Shown: in pieces, positions 39,725 through 50,421 of the stretch
Position numbering within the stretch: the stretch's first letter is position 1
Layout: the number at the start of each line of letters is the position of its first letter
IMG/VR virus record: IMGVR_UViG_3300032242_000550
Coordinates: 32,001 to 96,000 of that record
DNA from: a virus
Strand: one strand, 5' to 3'
DNA length: 64,000 nt
Program-made: the position numbers and the translations under genes
Notes under the pieces: model-generated
Told to the model about the DNA's origin: nothing
The model's database searches: none
Seen by the model: the letters and a program-made list of their open reading frames with translations, nothing else

Positions 39725-42700
39725 TTATCCTATACTTTTATTTAGTTTTATTTGAGAAAGTGTCTCTGCGGCTAATTTGTTTAATTTTAGCCCGTTTAAA
39801 AGTTCTGATTTAGCTGTTGCTTCTGCTTCTTGAATAGCCGGATCACCTGCAGGTAATTCTTGTTTTGCTTTTTCGGCGGCTGCTGTGGCTTGTATTACTT
39901 TATCTTTTGATTCTTGTAACTGTGCTTGTAAATCTTTAAGTTTTGCTAATCCAGCCTTATATGTATCTTCATTAGTGCCGCCGTAGTTTGGTGCTGGTAT
40001 TTTTGCATCACCTAATAAACTAGTAACTTGTGATGTTAATTCACTACGGTCTGTCGTATTAACAGCTACAGTAGGTAACTTAATTTGCACAGCTCCGCCC
40101 GAACTCATTGAACTAATAGCGGCGTTTAATTGTGCCGCAGCACCAGCCGGTAGTCCTGCACTTGCTAATGTAGCCAATGATAGTTTTCCACTCTTTAAGT
40201 CATCCAATCCTTTTGTCAATGATCCAGCTATTCCGTTTGCGGCACTTAATGCTCCAGAAGATGCTAATGGATTACCTGATGCTAAACCTGCTATACCATT
40301 GGTAATTGCATTTGCTTGTCCAATTAATCCAGTTACTGCACTAACACCCGGTACATTATTAATTGCACCGGCGGCATTATTAACCACAGAAGCAACTACA
40401 CTTGCACCACCGGGTAATGCACCCAATCCAGTAGATAGATTTGCTGTTGTTCCTAATGCTGTTTTTATTAACCCTGAAGCTGCACCTGCAACTCCTGCAA
40501 TTGCGCCAGTTAATCCACTAGTTACTGCTCCTACTGCTCCACTAATAGCATTGGTCAATCCACCTGTTACTGCACCTAATGCGCCAGTTAATCCACCTGT
40601 TAATCCACCTAATGCCCCGGTTAATGGGTTAGCAACCGGAGCTTGTGCGGCTGCTTGTGCTTTTTCTGTTATATCTTTAATGTTTTGCGGTACACCTGCT
40701 TTTAGTGTTGGTAATGCGCCGGTTATTGCAGCAAATGCACTACCAGCAACCCCTTTAGCACTATCTAATAATCCTGCTATACCAGCAACAGCACCTTTAG
40801 CCATTCCACCTAATGCTCCTGCAATGCTACTTAAACCACCTGTTACAGTGCTTGCTAAGTTACCTGCAAAATTACCCGCAGACATTAAACTACTAGCTGA
40901 TCCTAATACACTATTCAATGCTCCAGTAGCAGCTCCAACTACATTTGATATAGCACCATTCACTGCACCTACAACTGAGTTAGCGGCATTACTGACAAAA
41001 TTAACTGTATTTTGTACACCTGCTGTTGCCGCTGACATTACTAAACCTGCAAGTTGTGTACCAGACTCTTTACCAGTAATTAGTCCTGTTTGTGTTAATG
41101 CTGTTTGTGCTTGCTGTAATCCAACAACTGCTCCGGCAACTTGCGCTGTTGGGTTGTTTACGTAATTAGATAGACTAGCTACACCATCTTTGCCTGTAAA
41201 TAAATTTGGGGTCAATGCCTGTTGTATTGTTTTTCCACCTTGTACTAAATTATTAACTAATGCACCTGCACCCGGTTTTATATATCCTTGTACTTCTAAT
41301 TGCGAAGGGCTTTGTGCCATCTGTCCTGCTACTGCGACTGGTCCTGTTGCAGTTTCTACTACACCAGCACCTAATTTAACTGCGGCTGCAGCCGGTCCTG
41401 TTGCGGCTAAAGTAGATAGTTGACCAACCATTGTTCCTGTTGTATTTTTATCTAATGCCGCACTAATTGCCGATGATGGAGGAACGGTAGATGCAACTGC
41501 GACACTTACTGGATTAGTAGGTGCGCCTGCACTAGCATTAGCGGCTGCCACTGCAGGACTAGGTGCAGCTGGTAATGCCGCGCTTGCATTATTATTAACT
41601 TTAACATCTACACCTTGATTTGCACTAGCCCAGGGTGCATGTGCAGGTGCTCTACTTACAATACTTAATAACTTACCCGGTGCAGCTACCCAACCCTTAA
41701 CTGAATCATTTAATGTATCGGTGTGAGCTACTATTGGTAAAGGTTTCACTTCTTGTGGTACTAAGCTAGATGAACCTGTATTCAAATTAATCTTGCTACC
41801 ATTAAAATATGTTATAGCATCACTATAAAAAGATGCGTCGGCTGCACTGGCAAAACTCATCTTACCATCTACTTTAGTTGTGTACTTACCGGAAGCATAT
41901 AAACTAAAATCTGTTCCAACTTTTTGTGTGGTCTCTTTTTCACTACTAATTGCAATAGTATCTGCACTAATATTCAATGCTTTACCTGCATTGATATTAA
42001 TATTGTTATCTGCATGTAGGTTTAAATCACCCTGTGTTCTTACATTGAACGAGTTAGTAGAGTACATATCAATAGTACCCTCTTTACCTAACTCAATATA
42101 ACTTTGTCCATTAGCATGAATAATGAATAATGTTTGACCATCATCACTCATTAGTATTTGATGTCCTAAACTACTACGTATTCTTACTAATTGATCTTTA
42201 CCTAGAATATCCCCGTCATCCATAACTAAAGTATGTCCACCTCTACGTGCAACAACTTTTAAACCGTATATATCGCCTTGTGTATTTCCATCAAGTTTAC
42301 TAACTATATTCTCATCAGTATACCCACCTTCGTATATAGGTCTGCCCGGTGTGCTTACTCCCCATCCAACACGACTTGGAGTTTCACGTTGTGCGCTTGA
42401 ACCAATTACACCTCTAATAGGATCTCTAACTAATCCTTGTTGTGCTAATATACTAGCAACATAACTATGTACGGGTTTGGCGTCAGTTAAAAATGTCGCA
42501 CCATCTGCTATTCCCGAATTATTTGTGTTAATATTAGTTACCGGCAATCTAACAGCACCGCCCAAACCTTTTGCTTCACCTGCATTTGCTACAATATTAT
42601 CTGTGCCACCTATTGCCGGCACCATTTGTAGTGCTTCGGGTTCTGGAACACATCCTATCCAATAACCATAGTTAGGATCACCATTAATGAATATACATAT

Positions 42701-43024
42701 AACAGTTGTGCCCAAATCAGGCTGGCTATTCCACATACCATAACTATTGGGATTTTTTACGTATTCCCCCCAACCCGTATTTGCACTAGACGGTTTGGTT
42801 ACCCCATAGAAGGGACTCATATAACTTACTGTTATCCATGCTCTACTATCATCAGGGTTTTGTCCCCCTAAATCACTAATATAAACTTGTAATCTACCAG
42901 AACGAACTGGATCAATGTTATCTTTAACAATACCAAATAGTGGTACACTACGTATTACAGCACCACCTGCATTTGGCTGACTTGCTTTAGTACTACCTCT
43001 AGGTTTTATTTCATCATATGCCAT
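39725..43024 (-). CDS. Baseplate hub/central spike, gp5/VgrG-like, with long Ala/Gly-rich C-terminal extension
   Basis: G.V..N.DP..SGR..V OB-fold; GH..MDD..R..GHQ..M.D beta-helix segment. Confidence 0.8.
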   Translation of the reverse strand: MAYDEIKPRGSTKASQPNAGGAVIRSVPLFGIVKDNIDPVRSGRLQVYISDLGGQNPDDSRAWITVSYMSPFYGVTKPSSANTGWGEYVKNPNSYGMWNSQPDLGTTVICIFINGDPNYGYWIGCVPEPEALQMVPAIGGTDNIVANAGEAKGLGGAVRLPVTNINTNNSGIADGATFLTDAKPVHSYVASILAQQGLVRDPIRGVIGSSAQRETPSRVGWGVSTPGRPIYEGGYTDENIVSKLDGNTQGDIYGLKVVARRGGHTLVMDDGDILGKDQLVRIRSSLGHQILMSDDGQTLFIIHANGQSYIELGKEGTIDMYSTNSFNVRTQGDLNLHADNNININAGKALNISADTIAISSEKETTQKVGTDFSLYASGKYTTKVDGKMSFASAADASFYSDAITYFNGSKINLNTGSSSLVPQEVKPLPIVAHTDTLNDSVKGWVAAPGKLLSIVSRAPAHAPWASANQGVDVKVNNNASAALPAAPSPAVAAANASAGAPTNPVSVAVASTVPPSSAISAALDKNTTGTMVGQLSTLAATGPAAAAVKLGAGVVETATGPVAVAGQMAQSPSQLEVQGYIKPGAGALVNNLVQGGKTIQQALTPNLFTGKDGVASLSNYVNNPTAQVAGAVVGLQQAQTALTQTGLITGKESGTQLAGLVMSAATAGVQNTVNFVSNAANSVVGAVNGAISNVVGAATGALNSVLGSASSLMSAGNFAGNLASTVTGGLSSIAGALGGMAKGAVAGIAGLLDSAKGVAGSAFAAITGALPTLKAGVPQNIKDITEKAQAAAQAPVANPLTGALGGLTGGLTGALGAVTGGLTNAISGAVGAVTSGLTGAIAGVAGAASGLIKTALGTTANLSTGLGALPGGASVVASVVNNAAGAINNVPGVSAVTGLIGQANAITNGIAGLASGNPLASSGALSAANGIAGSLTKGLDDLKSGKLSLATLASAGLPAGAAAQLNAAISSMSSGGAVQIKLPTVAVNTTDRSELTSQVTSLLGDAKIPAPNYGGTNEDTYKAGLAKLKDLQAQLQESKDKVIQATAAAEKAKQELPAGDPAIQEAEATAKSELLNGLKLNKLAAETLSQIKLNKSIG

Positions 43025-43027
43025 ATA

Positions 43028-45457
43028 TTATGCTCCGCCCCTTGGTCTTCCAGTAACTGGTTCTTCTCTGCCACCTTGATTAGCAGGTTGTTTTGTAGGA
43101 TTTACTACATTTTCATCATCTGGTTGAGAGGCAGCATTAAGAGCTTTATTTGTATTATTTGCTCCGGCAGCTGCGGCTAATCTTGCTGTTTCAGCTAATG
43201 ATTGATTTGGTGCATAAGCGTATCTATTACCTGCATTAGCTAATCTATTACTTTCTACAGCCGATTGATTACCGGTATTTTCAAATCTAGTAGATGATGC
43301 AGTAGGTCTGCCAGCTTCATTGTTAGATGTTTTGGATATTAAATCAGTCATGGGATTTATTCTACAGTCTAGCTCTTGTGTAAATTTACCTTTTGAAAAG
43401 GTGCTATTTACTTCTATAACTTGGTAACTTATACCTTTAACTTTTGACGCAACTTCCTTAGGATATTCCCAAAATAATATAGATTCATTTATACTTAATA
43501 ATCCATTATCATTATTATAATCTTCTGCTTCTTTGAAATCTATTTCAATAAATACTTGCCCACCATTTGGATTAATAGTAAATCCATTACCATAAAATTG
43601 ACGATATACTTGGTTTACCGAGCTAGGGCTTTCTTGTACTAAAAAGTCAGGGTCACCCATAATAGTAACTTTTGCTGAGGCAAATGTACCAGGATCAAAT
43701 AAACTAGTTAAATAAGAGTTTTGTGCTTCTTTACCGACATCTAATTTACCTGTTCTATCTTCATTTTGTCGTTTTCCGGGTACTGTAGGAATGTCTTGTC
43801 CGCCACCTTGGCTAGCAGGTGCACCGGTTGGATTTAATGCTGCTAAAAAATATGCATTATCTAATTTTTGTTCATAATTTATAATTTCTGAATTATGCCC
43901 AGTAAACCAATACTCATATCTTTTATGTGGTCCATAATATGATGTGGCTGTATTTACATATGGACTAGTAACATACGGAGTTTGATATGGCTGTATCACA
44001 TATGTAATTTCATACGCAAAATCACCTATTACAGTATCAAATCCTATACATTTAACTTCGGCACCTAAATTATACCATTTAATAGGGTTTGGTGTAGTAT
44101 CCGGAATATCAGGACCACCTTTGTTTGCCGGCGGCGGTTGATTAGTTGATTTTATAACTACATTTAGTGCATCGGTCAAATAGGTACTTTGTGAAATGAT
44201 TGAACTTATTGCTTGCATTATAGATATATCATTAGCAAAAGTAATAGTCCTACTATTACTATTAGGTGTAGCAGTTACAGAGACCCCTTCATTAACCTCA
44301 TTAATATTTGCCGCTAAACTCATAGGCCATAATGATTTATTTACATCAGCGATACTTACAATTGATGCACCACCTATTTCTTTTTCAGAATTTCCCAAAT
44401 ATCTAATCTTATTATAAACATTTGGTATAATACCTTCAACAGATGTAGTTCTTGTATTTTTTCTATTTTGTTGATATTCATTTAATTGATCTATTAAACT
44501 GTTTAATACTTGATCTACCGTTTTACCTTGATATCTTCCACCACGGTCTAGTCTACCATATTTTACTCCATATGCAGTGTTAGGTGCAATGGGAGCTGCT
44601 GTAATACTATATACGGTCATCTTACCATCAAGTTTAAATTTAAAACTTTTAATTACGATGTCAAAAAATCGTTCATACACTCCACCAGAATCGCCGGTTA
44701 TATCTATTTTATCTTGATTATATGTTGTACTTGATGAAATTTCTTTTCCGTTTTCATCATATCCTTGAAATCTAACGCCTAATATAAAAAACTGTCTGCT
44801 AGGATTGGATAAATCTGGATAATTTTTTAATTTACTTTTATTTCGCAACAATTGAGCCGCATTTGTTATTTTTGACACAAACGAAAATCCATATGGTTCG
44901 TAAATATTAAATGAAATATCACTATCATTAGATGCTGTTCCGGTTGCAGGGCCAGCGGTCTTAGTCTTGATCTTTAAATCATCTATATAAAAATCATAAT
45001 CAAATGCACGTTTACTTGTTTTATTGTTTATACCACCGCTTTGTGCTATAATATATGCACCTGACATACTGTTTTCAACTTCTGTAGCAACTTGTGGATT
45101 TGCAGTATTGTTAATAGCATTAATATTATTTCTACCTGATTGTATAAATGCATCATAAGCGTCAGGTGTTATCATATATAAAGTGATTTGATATGTATAA
45201 CTTGATAAGCTAGCTAAAGGGTTTTGTGGTCGCATCCCAGGCTTTTGGCTATCAGGTGCTGATGTTGCAGCCTTAGCAGGTCTATCATCGGTAATAACTA
45301 TTTCTGGACCAACACCTTGATTGCCGGTTACTGACGAAACGGGACCGTTTGCAGGCTTTATACGATTACTATTATCTCCATCAGCAGATCCGGTAAGATT
45401 ATTGTTATCGGGTGTTGAAGATATTACATTACCTAACTCATCGTAAATAATTGCCAT
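43028..45457 (-). CDS. Baseplate hub-associated protein (gp27-like candidate)
   Basis: NPL....SYTY.I.L, I.EPYG and I.GDP..G.F.Q.L motifs; position between gp53-like and gp5-like genes. Confidence 0.55.
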   Translation of the reverse strand: MAIIYDELGNVISSTPDNNNLTGSADGDNSNRIKPANGPVSSVTGNQGVGPEIVITDDRPAKAATSAPDSQKPGMRPQNPLASLSSYTYQITLYMITPDAYDAFIQSGRNNINAINNTANPQVATEVENSMSGAYIIAQSGGINNKTSKRAFDYDFYIDDLKIKTKTAGPATGTASNDSDISFNIYEPYGFSFVSKITNAAQLLRNKSKLKNYPDLSNPSRQFFILGVRFQGYDENGKEISSSTTYNQDKIDITGDSGGVYERFFDIVIKSFKFKLDGKMTVYSITAAPIAPNTAYGVKYGRLDRGGRYQGKTVDQVLNSLIDQLNEYQQNRKNTRTTSVEGIIPNVYNKIRYLGNSEKEIGGASIVSIADVNKSLWPMSLAANINEVNEGVSVTATPNSNSRTITFANDISIMQAISSIISQSTYLTDALNVVIKSTNQPPPANKGGPDIPDTTPNPIKWYNLGAEVKCIGFDTVIGDFAYEITYVIQPYQTPYVTSPYVNTATSYYGPHKRYEYWFTGHNSEIINYEQKLDNAYFLAALNPTGAPASQGGGQDIPTVPGKRQNEDRTGKLDVGKEAQNSYLTSLFDPGTFASAKVTIMGDPDFLVQESPSSVNQVYRQFYGNGFTINPNGGQVFIEIDFKEAEDYNNDNGLLSINESILFWEYPKEVASKVKGISYQVIEVNSTFSKGKFTQELDCRINPMTDLISKTSNNEAGRPTASSTRFENTGNQSAVESNRLANAGNRYAYAPNQSLAETARLAAAAGANNTNKALNAASQPDDENVVNPTKQPANQGGREEPVTGRPRGGA

Positions 45458-45769
45458 TTATAGTCCCAATAACTGTTTTAAGAAATCTGCCTTAGGTAAA
45501 TATATACCCACACCGGCTACGAAATCAAAATAAGGATCTTTTAATCTGTTTGGATTACGCTGTGCAAATACCCACCACAATCTACTATCACTATATAAGT
45601 CATATGCTAACATATCTGGACGATATTCATATAGTAATGTTATTTCCCAATATATATCTGATGGCTGTTTAAGTATAGGCCTATCTACCATTATATCTAA
45701 AAATTTACTATTAACTATGTCTGTCGTATAGTATGGACTTGTTGCTGGATATATTGCATTATTTGACAT
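45458..45769 (-). CDS. Baseplate wedge subunit, gp53-like (LysM-related)
   Basis: YRPD.LAYDLY....LWWVF..RN; start at 45769 coupled to the upstream stop (TAATG). Confidence 0.75.
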   Translation of the reverse strand: MSNNAIYPATSPYYTTDIVNSKFLDIMVDRPILKQPSDIYWEITLLYEYRPDMLAYDLYSDSRLWWVFAQRNPNRLKDPYFDFVAGVGIYLPKADFLKQLLGL

Positions 45770-47052
45770 TACCAAATTCCTCCGCCATTGCGTTTACTAC
45801 CTTGTAATAATGAACCATTGGCATATTCTCTTACACTAAACTTATTACTTATATCATTACGTGTTACAATTGGATATGCAACTAATGCTATTTGAATCTT
45901 TGTAGGCACATACGTAGGCTCTGTGTTTGTTGCTTTTGACCAATTAGGAGCACTCTCAGTACCACCAAAATTTAAACCACTAACTTGCAATCTACGACAT
46001 GACGTACTGTCATCTACAACTATACTATTACCACTGTCGTATCCACTTGAATTAACTCCGGATAATAATGTTGGACTACCTGCTCGTATATAGTCCACAT
46101 CATTGGGTAAATTATAATTAAATGAACTTATTACCAATGGATGTCTATCAAATTGAAACCCACCCAAGCCAGTTAAATAACATAACGGTGGAGGTGTACC
46201 AGGTTTGGGTAATTGGTCTCGACCATAAAACATCTTAGTAACACTTCTAAAGAAATGTATACATGCTAACATGTAATTAGCTTCTTCTGTGTCCTGTGCT
46301 GTAAAATCACATGTTATACTAATTTGGTCTATACTACTGTTTTTATATTGAAATATTTTATAGTTACTATGTATTAATTCACCTGCATCATAATGTGCGG
46401 CATAGGTAACTTGTATTTGAGGTGTATATGGAAATATCACACCATCTGTTTTTTGTAACGGTTGTAGTATACCTGGATCTTGTGCTTTATATAAATATCC
46501 TGCACTTGGTGCTAAACTTAATCTTACACGCCAATCACCCTGTGTTTTTGCATTTTCTGCATCTTGGGTAATTTGTTGTGCTCTAGCGTTATCCACTGAC
46601 CCTTGTAAACCTTGCATTCCACCATATGCATTAATAATATCTTGTTCTGTTCTAGGTGGAGTATTATTGGCCTCTTCTTCTGCTTTTGCTCTTGCCGCTT
46701 CAAAAGGATCTTCATTTCCTACCGTAGCAGGATCTTGATTCTCAATAGTTTCAGTATTTGTAGTAGTATTTGTATCAGGGTCTGTGGTAGGTTCAGGAGT
46801 CTTATTCTCTACTACAGGTGGTTTGGGTTTAGGTGCTGGTTGCACCGGTGGGGTTGTTGCGGCAGTTATCTGTGCCTGTATTGTGGCAATATTTTGATTT
46901 AATATTGCTACTTCAGCTTTTAATTTCGCAATATAAGCGGCATTCATCTGATAGTTAGGATTAATGTTGGCTAGGCTTTGGAGTTTTATCCTCAATGACT
47001 CTTTGAGAGCCGCTAGCTCTAGGTTTAATGCGTCTATATTAGCTGATGCCAT
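45769..47052 (-). CDS. Baseplate/tail-tube initiator-like protein (gp48/gp54-like) with N-terminal coiled coil and P/T-rich linker
   Basis: GVIFPYTP.I..Y..HSNY..I.I.C.F..PPP..L..G motif. Confidence 0.6.
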   Translation of the reverse strand: MASANIDALNLELAALKESLRIKLQSLANINPNYQMNAAYIAKLKAEVAILNQNIATIQAQITAATTPPVQPAPKPKPPVVENKTPEPTTDPDTNTTTNTETIENQDPATVGNEDPFEAARAKAEEEANNTPPRTEQDIINAYGGMQGLQGSVDNARAQQITQDAENAKTQGDWRVRLSLAPSAGYLYKAQDPGILQPLQKTDGVIFPYTPQIQVTYAAHYDAGELIHSNYKIFQYKNSSIDQISITCDFTAQDTEEANYMLACIHFFRSVTKMFYGRDQLPKPGTPPPLCYLTGLGGFQFDRHPLVISSFNYNLPNDVDYIRAGSPTLLSGVNSSGYDSGNSIVVDDSTSCRRLQVSGLNFGGTESAPNWSKATNTEPTYVPTKIQIALVAYPIVTRNDISNKFSVREYANGSLLQGSKRNGGGIW

Positions 47053-47067
47053 GGATTTATACCTTTA

Positions 47068-47083
47068 CTAAATACTATTTATC
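47068..47083. promoter_or_regulatory. Overlapping face-to-face late-type promoters (CTAAATA on +, GATAAATA on -)
   Basis: Sequence ctaaatactatttatc at the strand switch. Confidence 0.6.
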
Positions 47084-47115
47084 GCTATAAAATTTACCCT
47101 TTTTCTATATTATTG

Positions 47116-47144
47116 TTGCTTTTACACAACAAAAGTGTTACAAT
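47116..47144 (+). promoter_or_regulatory. Sigma70-type promoter TTGCTT-17-TACAAT with extended -10 TG
   Basis: Spacing of exactly 17 nt; upstream of the gp55-like gene, which has an AAGGA SD. Confidence 0.65.
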
Positions 47145-47168
47145 ATATAAAAACATAACAAGGAAACT

Positions 47169-48080
47169 ATGTCTCTACTACCCGCGCCACGTAAACCAGT
47201 AAACTATCTTAATAATAAAGATATTCTAAAAGAAATACATGAAAGTAAAAACGCATATTGCTGTTTCACTAAACCAGAATATCATCGCTATGACTACATC
47301 ATAGATATGCCACAAGCACCAATTGATGAAAGTTTAGCATACGCCTATAAACCAGAAACTATTCAACAAGCAAAAGAAACACGTGCATTACGTCTTAGCT
47401 TGGAACAAGGTAGTAAAGACGCAGTTAGTCCAGATTCAATAGAATTAACAGATTTAGTGTTTCGTGTTATGACTTGGGATCATGTTCCAGTCGCACCAAA
47501 ACAACCCCGCAAAACAGTTAAAAAGAAAACAGCAAAAGATATATTTGAGTTTGAAGAAACTGACCCAGATGAAATCTTTGCTGACCTAGAAGATACAACT
47601 ACTAAAGCTGAAGTGGACGATATGGTTCATGTTAAAGTTAACTTTCCCCCATTCCAACATTACAAAATTGATTCAAATAATACATTCTACTGTGTGGGCA
47701 AAAGTCATTGGGAAGGTGATTTAGAAAACGGCAACTTTAATAAGGACCACGGTAAGATTACAAATAAACTTGCCCGTATGTATATTATGATGTGCGAAAA
47801 ATATGCAATGAAATATAATTGGCGTGGATATACATACAACGATGAGATGCGTAATTCAGCCATCTTACAATTAACATACGTAGGATTACGTTTCAATGAG
47901 GCTAAAAGTGCTAACCCATTCGCTTACTACACAGCCGCTATAACTAATAGCTTCTGCCGTGTATTGAATACAGAAAAGCGCAACCAAAACATACGTGACG
48001 ATATCTTAGAGATTAACGGTCTCAATCCAAGTTGGAGTCGCCAAGGCTCTGGATCAAGCAGTACAGTTTACGAAGAATAA
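47169..48080 (+). CDS. gp55: Late transcription sigma factor, T4 gp55-like
   Basis: NYLNNK..L..I and NWRGYTY.DEM...A......F...KS.NPFAY.T....NSF motifs. Confidence 0.9.
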   Translation: MSLLPAPRKPVNYLNNKDILKEIHESKNAYCCFTKPEYHRYDYIIDMPQAPIDESLAYAYKPETIQQAKETRALRLSLEQGSKDAVSPDSIELTDLVFRVMTWDHVPVAPKQPRKTVKKKTAKDIFEFEETDPDEIFADLEDTTTKAEVDDMVHVKVNFPPFQHYKIDSNNTFYCVGKSHWEGDLENGNFNKDHGKITNKLARMYIMMCEKYAMKYNWRGYTYNDEMRNSAILQLTYVGLRFNEAKSANPFAYYTAAITNSFCRVLNTEKRNQNIRDDILEINGLNPSWSRQGSGSSSTVYEE

Positions 48081-48136
48081 ATCAAGTTTTACGCCCTAAA
48101 TGATAAATAAGTAAGATATTCATTTAGGGATAAAAT

Positions 48137-48898
48137 ATGTTTATATACAAAGTCACCGTAATTCCACTTAATCAAATATACATTGGTTTGGATACCAAAC
48201 CAGAATATAAAAAAGCAAGATGGAAGACACACATCAAAGAATCTATCAATAATCCAAAGGGAAAATTTCATATTGCAATACATAACCATGGTGTTGAAAA
48301 TTGCGTATATGAAGTAATAGAAAATGGTTTTGATTCAATATCAAAACTTGCTCTGGCTGAGATAAGATATATTAAACAACACGATTCTTACAAGAATGGG
48401 TTAAACAGTACACCGGGTGGGGATGGACTGAATAATGATCTCACTATATTTAATGATGATGAAGTAGCTCTTATACGTAATGCGTTGGGTGAAAAATGGA
48501 GGGAGTTCAACAAGAAAAAATGGTCTGATACTACTGAAGAACAAAGAAAAGAAATGATTAAACATTGTCATACTGAAGATGCTAATCTCAGTCGTGCAGA
48601 AACATTAAGGAACTATTATGATAATGTACCCGGTTCCAAAGAAAAACATAGTGCCGGTATTAAAGAATGGCAAAAAGAAAATCCAGAGCTTGCAAAAAAA
48701 TATAGAATACAAAATGGATTAAAGGGTGCAGAGAAAACTTCTAAGAAGGTTACCTTAATGCGTGACACCGGTGAAATAGAAGTTTATAATAGTATTAGTG
48801 AGTTCCAAAGACAAACAGGTCAATGGATGTGTACTATTAGAGAAAAATCACAAAAAGGAGAATTTTACAATGGTTATAAAATTAAGGATATTGAATGA
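48137..48898 (+). mobile_element. Free-standing GIY-YIG homing endonuclease (Seg-like)
   Basis: FIYKVT..IYIG, R..H, E..YI and GLN.T.GG motifs; inserted between gp55 and gp47; GATAAATA promoter at 48102. Confidence 0.85.
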
Positions 48899-49908
48899 AT
48901 CTATTTAAAAAGGCAGCAGTCCTAACAGATATTCATTTTGGATTGAAGTCAAACAGCCTACAACATAATCAAGACTGTGCCAATTTTGTAGATTGGTTCA
49001 TTACTAAAGCAAAAAGTGAGGGCTGTGAAACCTGTTTCTTTTTAGGTGATTATAACCATCATCGTGCTAGTATCAATATACATACATTACAATTTGGCTT
49101 ACAAGCACTGGAGAAATTAAATGCCGCATTTACACAAGTTTTCTTTATTCCGGGCAATCATGATTTGTATTATCGTGATCGCCGTGATATACATTCTGTA
49201 GAGTGGGCTAAACATCTACCCAATCTTACTATCGTTAATGACTTCTTCACTGCAGGTGATGTAACTATTGCACCCTGGTTAGTACAGGATGATTATAAGA
49301 AACTACAAAAAATGAGTGGCAAATATATGTTTGGTCATTTTGAATTGCCACACTTCCATATGAACGCAATGATAGAGATGCCCGATCATGGTGAACTTAA
49401 TAGTGACCATGTAAGTGGATTTGATAAAGTATTCAGTGGTCATTTTCATAAACGACAAAGCAAAAAGAACATTTGGTACATAGGTAATTGTTTCCCGCAT
49501 AACTATGCAGATGCAGGTGATGACGCACGTGGTATGATGATATTAGAATGGGGACAAGACCCGCAATTCTTTAGTTGGCCTAGACAACCATTATATCGTG
49601 TATATAAACTAAGTGATGTACTAGAAAACCCTGAGGGCTTGCTATTGATTGACAGTCATGTTCGTGTGCATTTAGATATCAACGTAAGTTACGAGGAAGC
49701 TAATTTTTTACGAGAAACATTTATACCTGAATATAAACTCCGTGAAATGGCTTTAATACCCACCAAATCAGATCCAACAGATCATATTTCAGGAGCTGAG
49801 GGATTAAAGTTTGAATCAGTAGATCAGATTGTTATAGAACAGATCAATAATATTGAATCAAATACATTTGATAAGAAATTATTATTAAACATATATAATA
49901 ACCTATGA
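48895..49908 (+). CDS. gp47: Recombination endonuclease subunit gp47 (Mre11/SbcD-like)
   Basis: DIHFG, LGD, GNHD, GHF and SGHFH metallophosphoesterase motifs. Confidence 0.95.
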   Translation: MNLFKKAAVLTDIHFGLKSNSLQHNQDCANFVDWFITKAKSEGCETCFFLGDYNHHRASINIHTLQFGLQALEKLNAAFTQVFFIPGNHDLYYRDRRDIHSVEWAKHLPNLTIVNDFFTAGDVTIAPWLVQDDYKKLQKMSGKYMFGHFELPHFHMNAMIEMPDHGELNSDHVSGFDKVFSGHFHKRQSKKNIWYIGNCFPHNYADAGDDARGMMILEWGQDPQFFSWPRQPLYRVYKLSDVLENPEGLLLIDSHVRVHLDINVSYEEANFLRETFIPEYKLREMALIPTKSDPTDHISGAEGLKFESVDQIVIEQINNIESNTFDKKLLLNIYNNL

Positions 49909-50421
49909 CCCCAATGACCAACCTTTTACTGCTTTGCGTAAACCTCGGAATAACAAATTGACAGTACCTTTATTCGCATTGTATGTTTGGATAAAATCAT
50001 ACCTGGTCATATATACTTCTTCTTTAGTTACTTTATGTTTCCAATGATATAAGGTAGGATCGTACCTATAATTATTAACACCTGTATGGGCAACTATGTT
50101 TTTTAATAATGTTTTTTCAGTTTTTTGAGGATGATATTTACCACAAGCAAAACCCCCGCCGTCTTCAGGAATAAGATTGGCCCATTGTTTACTTTCAACA
50201 ATTGACCACGCTTTACTGTAGAACAATCCCCAACTTCTCAACGATTCTTTTGAGAAGCACTTTTGAAGAATTTGTGTATTATGTTCTTTCCCGTGTTTCT
50301 TAAGGTGTCGTTTCCAGATAGTACCGGATCCCTTATAATTAAATGGTTCTTGTACTGTCTGACAAAGATATTTCAGACCAGTAACTTTATGAGTCTTAAC
50401 CAATAGGTAATAAATAATCAT
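49903..50421 (-). mobile_element. GIY-YIG-like endonuclease inserted in opposite orientation between gp47 and gp46
   Basis: YYLLVKTH..TGLKYL.QT..Y.GSG..W..H..KHG..WANL..E.G.G pattern; AAGGAG SD. Confidence 0.75.

Noticed and set aside
40299-41165. 288-aa plus-strand ORF antisense to the gp5-like gene
   Set aside because: A shadow of Ala/Gly/Thr-rich codons on the coding strand, with no SD or promoter. The other antisense ORFs in the track (e.g. 21333-21905, 55134-55640) were rejected for the same reason.
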